DNA of 64,000 bases. Origin: an uncultured delta proteobacterium (GTDB lineage Bacteria; Desulfobacterota; Binatia; UBA9968). The notes under the pieces were generated by a model. It made no database searches and was not told the DNA's origin. It saw nothing but the letters and a program-made list of their open reading frames with translations. Made by a program: the position numbers and the translations under genes. Positions 59,750 to 64,000 of the stretch are shown one piece after another (within the stretch, counting starts at the first letter, position 1; each line of letters starts with the position of its first letter). The stretch is from the NCBI GenBank assembly GCA_963771465.1, contig CAVYTU010000015.1, positions 224,001 through 288,000 on the forward strand, written 5' to 3'.

Positions 59750-60159
59750 GGATTGCCCTTCTTACTGAGTCGAAGAGTTTTTATCTCGATGCGGCGCTCG
59801 CGCCCGTCATCGTTAACGGTCATATCGAGAGCGACTTCCTTGATTTCCCAGGGACTCGACAAATTAAGCGACGGCGTATTGTCGCGCAGCGCATGCACCT
59901 GCGCGCTCCAACGCCCACCCGCGCCGACCGTGCCGGACTGCGCGCCGTCGGTGAGCTTCTTACGCGCCAGTAGCTCGTCCATCACGCGCGCGCCCGAGGT
60001 CAGCGTCTCGGTGCGCGCCGTACTGCGCGCGCCAAGCTGTAATCCTTGAGAAAAAATTTGTAACAGAGTCACCACTCCGAGTCCCAGGATAGTCATCGCG
60101 ACCAGAACTTCGAGCAGTGTGAAGCCGCTAGCAAAACGGCGTTGAGACAAATTATTCAC
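59746..60159 (-). CDS. gspI: Minor pseudopilin I
   Basis: G-FTLLEVLVAM motif; gene order G-H-I-J-K. Confidence 0.88.
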   Translation of the reverse strand: MNNLSQRRFASGFTLLEVLVAMTILGLGVVTLLQIFSQGLQLGARSTARTETLTSGARVMDELLARKKLTDGAQSGTVGAGGRWSAQVHALRDNTPSLNLSSPWEIKEVALDMTVNDDGRERRIEIKTLRLSKKGNP

Positions 60160-60161
60160 GA

Positions 60162-60623
60162 CTAATCGCCGCGGGAAACTTCGATCTTGCCGGTAAGCGC
60201 GTCGAGACGTATCTGATAGGATATCGCTTTCTCGCTGTCGGCGAGAACGATGGCGCCGCCCACCGTGCTGCCGTTGGGGAAAAAGTAAAAACGCTTGCTA
60301 TCGCGGTCGATGGCTTCGCCGCCGTCCACCGAAATGAATTTAACTTCGCTCGGCAAGTGCACCTCCCGAGTGCGCGCCACCAGGTAGCTATTCTGCGGCA
60401 GGTTGACCACGAGTTGTTGCGGCACGCCGTCGAATAGCGCTTGGCTGCGTAAATCGCGCGCCACGGCTGCTAAGCTCAGCGCCGAGATCCGCACTTCGCG
60501 ATCTTGGAGTCCCTTCGCGATGTTGGGAGCGACGATGGCCATGCTGACGCCGATCAGCAACAGCACGACGACCAGTTCGACGAGAGAAAAGCCGCGATTA
60601 TCTTTCCCAACTGGTAATGTCAC
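60162..60623 (-). CDS. gspH: Minor pseudopilin H
   Basis: G-FSLVELVVVL and FFPNGSTVGG...LTGKI motifs. Confidence 0.88.
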   Translation of the reverse strand: MTLPVGKDNRGFSLVELVVVLLLIGVSMAIVAPNIAKGLQDREVRISALSLAAVARDLRSQALFDGVPQQLVVNLPQNSYLVARTREVHLPSEVKFISVDGGEAIDRDSKRFYFFPNGSTVGGAIVLADSEKAISYQIRLDALTGKIEVSRGD

Positions 60624-61035
60624 GATTGACGTCTTGACCTCCAGGAGCACCATCGGCGCCGTAGGAAATAATGTCATACGGTCCGTGATCACCGGGGTTC
60701 TTATAAACATAGGGCTTTTCCCATGGGTCGGGCGGAACATCTTTTTTTAGATAAGGCCCATCCCATCGATCGACGCCGCCTGGCTTTTGGGTCAGCGCCT
60801 GAAGACCTTCCTGTGTGGTCGGATAGCGGCCAACGTCAAGGCGAAAGGTGTCCAGCGCCACGCCGAAACTCTCGATCTGGGCTTTGGCCGCTTTGGCCGT
60901 GGCTTTCTCGCCTTGCTTGATGTACTGCGGCAGCACCAGTCCGGCCAGTAAAACAATAATCGTCGCCACGATGATCAACTCGATCAGGGTGAAGCCACTT
61001 TCGCCATTGACGAGTTTTCGATTATGATAAGTCAT
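60598..61035 (-). CDS. gspG: Major pseudopilin G
   Basis: G-FTLIEL, ALDTFRLDVGRYPTTQEGL, WDGPYL, DPW and SYGADG motifs. Confidence 0.96.
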   Translation of the reverse strand: MTYHNRKLVNGESGFTLIELIIVATIIVLLAGLVLPQYIKQGEKATAKAAKAQIESFGVALDTFRLDVGRYPTTQEGLQALTQKPGGVDRWDGPYLKKDVPPDPWEKPYVYKNPGDHGPYDIISYGADGAPGGQDVNRDITSWER

Positions 61036-62239
61036 TGATACTAAATATCGCCAGCAGCATCGAGATAACAACCACGCCGATAATCAAACCCATCACTAGG
61101 ATCAACGCGGGCTCGAGCAGAGAAGTCAGTCTTTTCGTCGTTCGTCTTACTTCTTGGTCGTAGTAGCTCGCGACCTCGGCGAGCATGCCATCCAGTTTAC
61201 CGGTTTCCTCCCCCACCGCAATCATGTTGAGCGCCAACATCGGAAACAGACCGCTCTCGCTCAGCGGCCGCGCCATGCCCTTGCCTTCACGCACCCGCAG
61301 TTGAACTTGGCCGATGGCGAGCGCCAACAAACGGTTACCGACAACGCCTTGAACTGTCCCCAGCGCTTCGAGCAGCGGCACGCCGCCTTTCAACAAGGCA
61401 GCCAGGGTGCGGCAAAAGCGCGCGGTTTCGAACTTCCGCACCAAATCGCCAAGCAGCCAGCTGTGCAAACGCAACCGGTCCCACTCGCTCCTGCCCTCCG
61501 GGCTTCGGATATAAAAAACTCCGCCCGCAACGAGCGCGAACATGACCAACAAAACAATCCAGCCGTACTCTGCCAAAAACTGGCTAAAATCTATGACGAT
61601 CTTGGTGATCAACGGAATCGCCTTAGTATTACCGCGAAAAATCGTGGCAAACTTTGGAATGACGAAGATAAACAAAATCATCAACGAAAGGCCGGCGGCA
61701 GCGGCCAAAATGACCGGATAGATCAGCGCAGATTTGATGTCGTCTTTGAGCGCCAAGGTGTTTTCCATGTACTCCGTTAGATAGCGCAGCACGCTTTCCA
61801 AGATACCGCCGGCCTCGCCGGCCCGGATCATGTTAACGTAGATTTTCGGGAAAACGTCGGGATGCTCTCCCATCGAGATGGCGAGCGACTTGCCGGCGCG
61901 CACCGCTTCGACGAGAGCATTGAGTATTTTGCTAAGCTCGCTGCCCTCGAACAGACCGCCGAGGATAGACAAACTGCGGTCGAGTGGCAGGCCGGCGGTA
62001 AGCAGCGTACCGAGCTCACGGGTAAACTGCAGCAACTGTTGTTGGCTAACCCTACGCTTGGAAAAAATCGCCTGCTGGGGCGACGTGCGGATCGCCCGAT
62101 CGCTCGGCACCGCGATGCGCAACGGCACGCAGCCCATTTCGCGCAACCGCAGGACTACGCCTTGCTCGGCGTCGGCCTCCATCACTCCCTCGACAACCTT
62201 GCCGGCGTGATCCGCGGCGCGATACTGAAAAAATGCCAT
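61022..62239 (-). CDS. gspF: Type II secretion inner-membrane platform protein F
   Basis: AGLPLDRSL, MIRAGEAGG, ALIYP, GEETGKL and LLEPALI motifs. Confidence 0.96.
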   Translation of the reverse strand: MAFFQYRAADHAGKVVEGVMEADAEQGVVLRLREMGCVPLRIAVPSDRAIRTSPQQAIFSKRRVSQQQLLQFTRELGTLLTAGLPLDRSLSILGGLFEGSELSKILNALVEAVRAGKSLAISMGEHPDVFPKIYVNMIRAGEAGGILESVLRYLTEYMENTLALKDDIKSALIYPVILAAAAGLSLMILFIFVIPKFATIFRGNTKAIPLITKIVIDFSQFLAEYGWIVLLVMFALVAGGVFYIRSPEGRSEWDRLRLHSWLLGDLVRKFETARFCRTLAALLKGGVPLLEALGTVQGVVGNRLLALAIGQVQLRVREGKGMARPLSESGLFPMLALNMIAVGEETGKLDGMLAEVASYYDQEVRRTTKRLTSLLEPALILVMGLIIGVVVISMLLAIFSINDLS

Positions 62240-62344
62240 GATAAATTAGCGTGGGTTCAAAGTTCGATGGTTCATAGGTCCCAGGTAAAACGTCGGAACA
62301 ATGTCTCCATTGAATTTTTGCAGTCTTGAACCTTCGAACTAGTT

Positions 62345-64000
62345 CTACGCTTCTTCCCGCGTCACACGCAGCACTTCGGCCAACGTCGTCACACCTTTGG
62401 CGACTTTATCCCAGCCGTCGTCTCTGAGGAGCCGCATGCCTTGCTGGACGGCCAGGTTGCGAATGACACCGGCGTCGGCGCGCTGGACGATGACTTTGCA
62501 AAGGTCGGAGGTCACCGGGAGCAGCTCGAAAATACCGACACGGCCGAGATAACCCGTACCGCTGCAGGCTTCGCAACCCGCCGCCTCGAAGACCGCCCGT
62601 GGGACGCTACCATTAGTAAACTCTGGCGGCATACCGGCCATGCTGGTAACCGGCATTTGTCTGCGGCAGCTGGGACAGAGCCGGCGCACGAGCCTTTGCG
62701 CCAGCACACCGAGCAGCGATGACGAAAGCAAATAATCTTGCACACCCATCTCCAACAGCCTGGAGATCGCGCCCGCCGCGTCGTTGGTATGCAAAGTCGA
62801 AAAAACCAAATGGCCGGTCAGCGCCGCTTGGACGGCGATCTCGGCGGTCTCGGCGTCGCGAATTTCACCGACCATAATGATATCGGGATCTTGGCGCACG
62901 ATCGATCGCAGACCGTTGGCGAAGGTCAAACCGATCTGCGGTTTGACATGGATCTGGTTGATGCCGCTCAGTTGATACTCGACGGGATCCTCGATGGTAA
63001 TAATTTTTTTGCCCGGATCGTTGATTTTTTGCAGCGCGCCATAAAGCGTCGTCGTTTTGCCGCTGCCGGTCGGGCCGGTGACCAATACCATGCCATGGGG
63101 CTTTAAAATCATCTCGTCAAAGCGCGATTGCAGCTCGAGCGGAAAACCAAGGGCGTCGAGCTGGGTAAAAATCTGGCCGCGCTCGAGCAAGCGGATCACC
63201 ACGCTTTCACCGTAGAGCGTCGGCACCGTTGCGATACGCAGGTCGACGTCTTTTCCGGCAAGCCGGGTTTTGATTCGGCCGTCCTGCGGCAAACGCCGCT
63301 CGGCGATGTTGAGCTGGGCGAGAATTTTTAAGCGCGAGATCACCGCGGCTTTCAACTGCCGCGGCGGCGACTCGGTTTCGTGGAGAATGCCGTCGATGCG
63401 GTAGCGCACCTTGAGCTGATTCTCGAAGGGCTCGATGTGGACATCCGAGGCGCGACTCTCGAGCGCGCGTACGAGCATCTGGTTGACCAGGCGAATGACC
63501 GGCACTTCAGAGGCCATGTCGCGCAGATGGGCGACGTCTTCATCGTCGCCCATGCCTTCCAATGGCTCGGCGATCGCCTCCTGACCGCTATCCGCCGCGT
63601 AGCTGCTGCTATACAGCGCTTCGATACGCGCCAGGATTTCCTTTTCCCGCGCTAACACCGGTCGCACGCGCAAACCGGTTGCCATCTCCAAGGCATGCAG
63701 CCGGGAAAGATCCATGGGATCCCCGGTGGCAACAATCAGTTCATGACCGTCGATTTTCACCGGCACCATGCGCGCCAGCTTAAGAAAATCACCAATGCCC
63801 GACGGCAGCTCGATCGGCAATGGAGTATTCGGCAAGTCGCGCAACGACAAGACGGGAATATCGAAGTGGTCGCGCAGCACCGGCAACAAATCGTCTTCCG
63901 AAAGCAAGCCCAATTCGACCACCAGCCGGCTAAGCGGCGCCTGTTGCTCTTGCTGAAGTTTCGTCACCCGCTCGAGCTCTTCAGCGGAGATGAGCTGGCG
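62345..64000 (-). CDS. gspE: Type II secretion ATPase E (start beyond window end)
   Basis: ASDVHIEP, AERRLPQDG, GPTGSGKTT, EDPVEY, RQDPDIIMVGEIRD, TLHTN and CxxC...CxxC motifs. Confidence 0.97.
   Translation of the reverse strand, partial: RQLISAEELERVTKLQQEQQAPLSRLVVELGLLSEDDLLPVLRDHFDIPVLSLRDLPNTPLPIELPSGIGDFLKLARMVPVKIDGHELIVATGDPMDLSRLHALEMATGLRVRPVLAREKEILARIEALYSSSYAADSGQEAIAEPLEGMGDDEDVAHLRDMASEVPVIRLVNQMLVRALESRASDVHIEPFENQLKVRYRIDGILHETESPPRQLKAAVISRLKILAQLNIAERRLPQDGRIKTRLAGKDVDLRIATVPTLYGESVVIRLLERGQIFTQLDALGFPLELQSRFDEMILKPHGMVLVTGPTGSGKTTTLYGALQKINDPGKKIITIEDPVEYQLSGINQIHVKPQIGLTFANGLRSIVRQDPDIIMVGEIRDAETAEIAVQAALTGHLVFSTLHTNDAAGAISRLLEMGVQDYLLSSSLLGVLAQRLVRRLCPSCRRQMPVTSMAGMPPEFTNGSVPRAVFEAAGCEACSGTGYLGRVGIFELLPVTSDLCKVIVQRADAGVIRNLAVQQGMRLLRDDGWDKVAKGVTTLAEVLRVTREEA

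Noticed and set aside
55619-64000. Type IV pilus instead of T2SS
   Set aside because: GspG (DPW, SYGADG) and GspK signatures and the E-F-G-H-I-J-K-L-M order indicate type II secretion; no PilT is seen.
1-64000. tRNA, rRNA, integrase or transposase genes
   Set aside because: None recognised by eye; tRNAscan-SE, Infernal and ISEScan would confirm.

Overview
GC-rich bacterial DNA. The paralogous family-1 solute-binding proteins, amidohydrolases and palindromic intergenic repeats suggest a soil deltaproteobacterium-like lineage such as Candidatus Binatia (inference only). Many conserved genes carry 1-nt frameshifts, probably long-read consensus errors. Layout: (1) 1-9.3 kb ion-homeostasis region: a kdp locus collapsed by a deletion (kdpA N-terminus joined to the kdpD C-terminus), sigma-54 promoter, CorC/TlyC, Na+/H+ antiporter, Fluc-DUF190, MFS and several tiny membrane peptides; (2) 9.6-15.7 kb single-polypeptide N6-MTase/restriction enzyme, an HNH-like partner and a KimA-like APC transporter; (3) 15.9-21.1 kb protocatechuate ortho-cleavage genes (pcaCHGB plus a CoA transferase) with an internally deleted pcaD; (4) 21.2-41 kb a UGA-readthrough (selenocysteine) DsbA/FrnE protein and an array of orphan SBPs, amidohydrolases, an enolase-family enzyme, PrpD, an F420-type reductase and two paralogous bicupins; (5) 41.2-51.2 kb a probable operon: coxD-coxE-xdhC-xdhC, CTP-type riboflavin kinase, ubiX, fni, two split-barrel flavoproteins, macAB; (6) 51.6-64 kb a type II secretion cluster. 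Best candidates for novelty: a secretin apparently split inside its N3 domain into two translationally coupled genes, each with its own signal peptide (the second ending in a SPOR domain), and a self-contained prenylated-FMN supply module with no UbiD client beside it.
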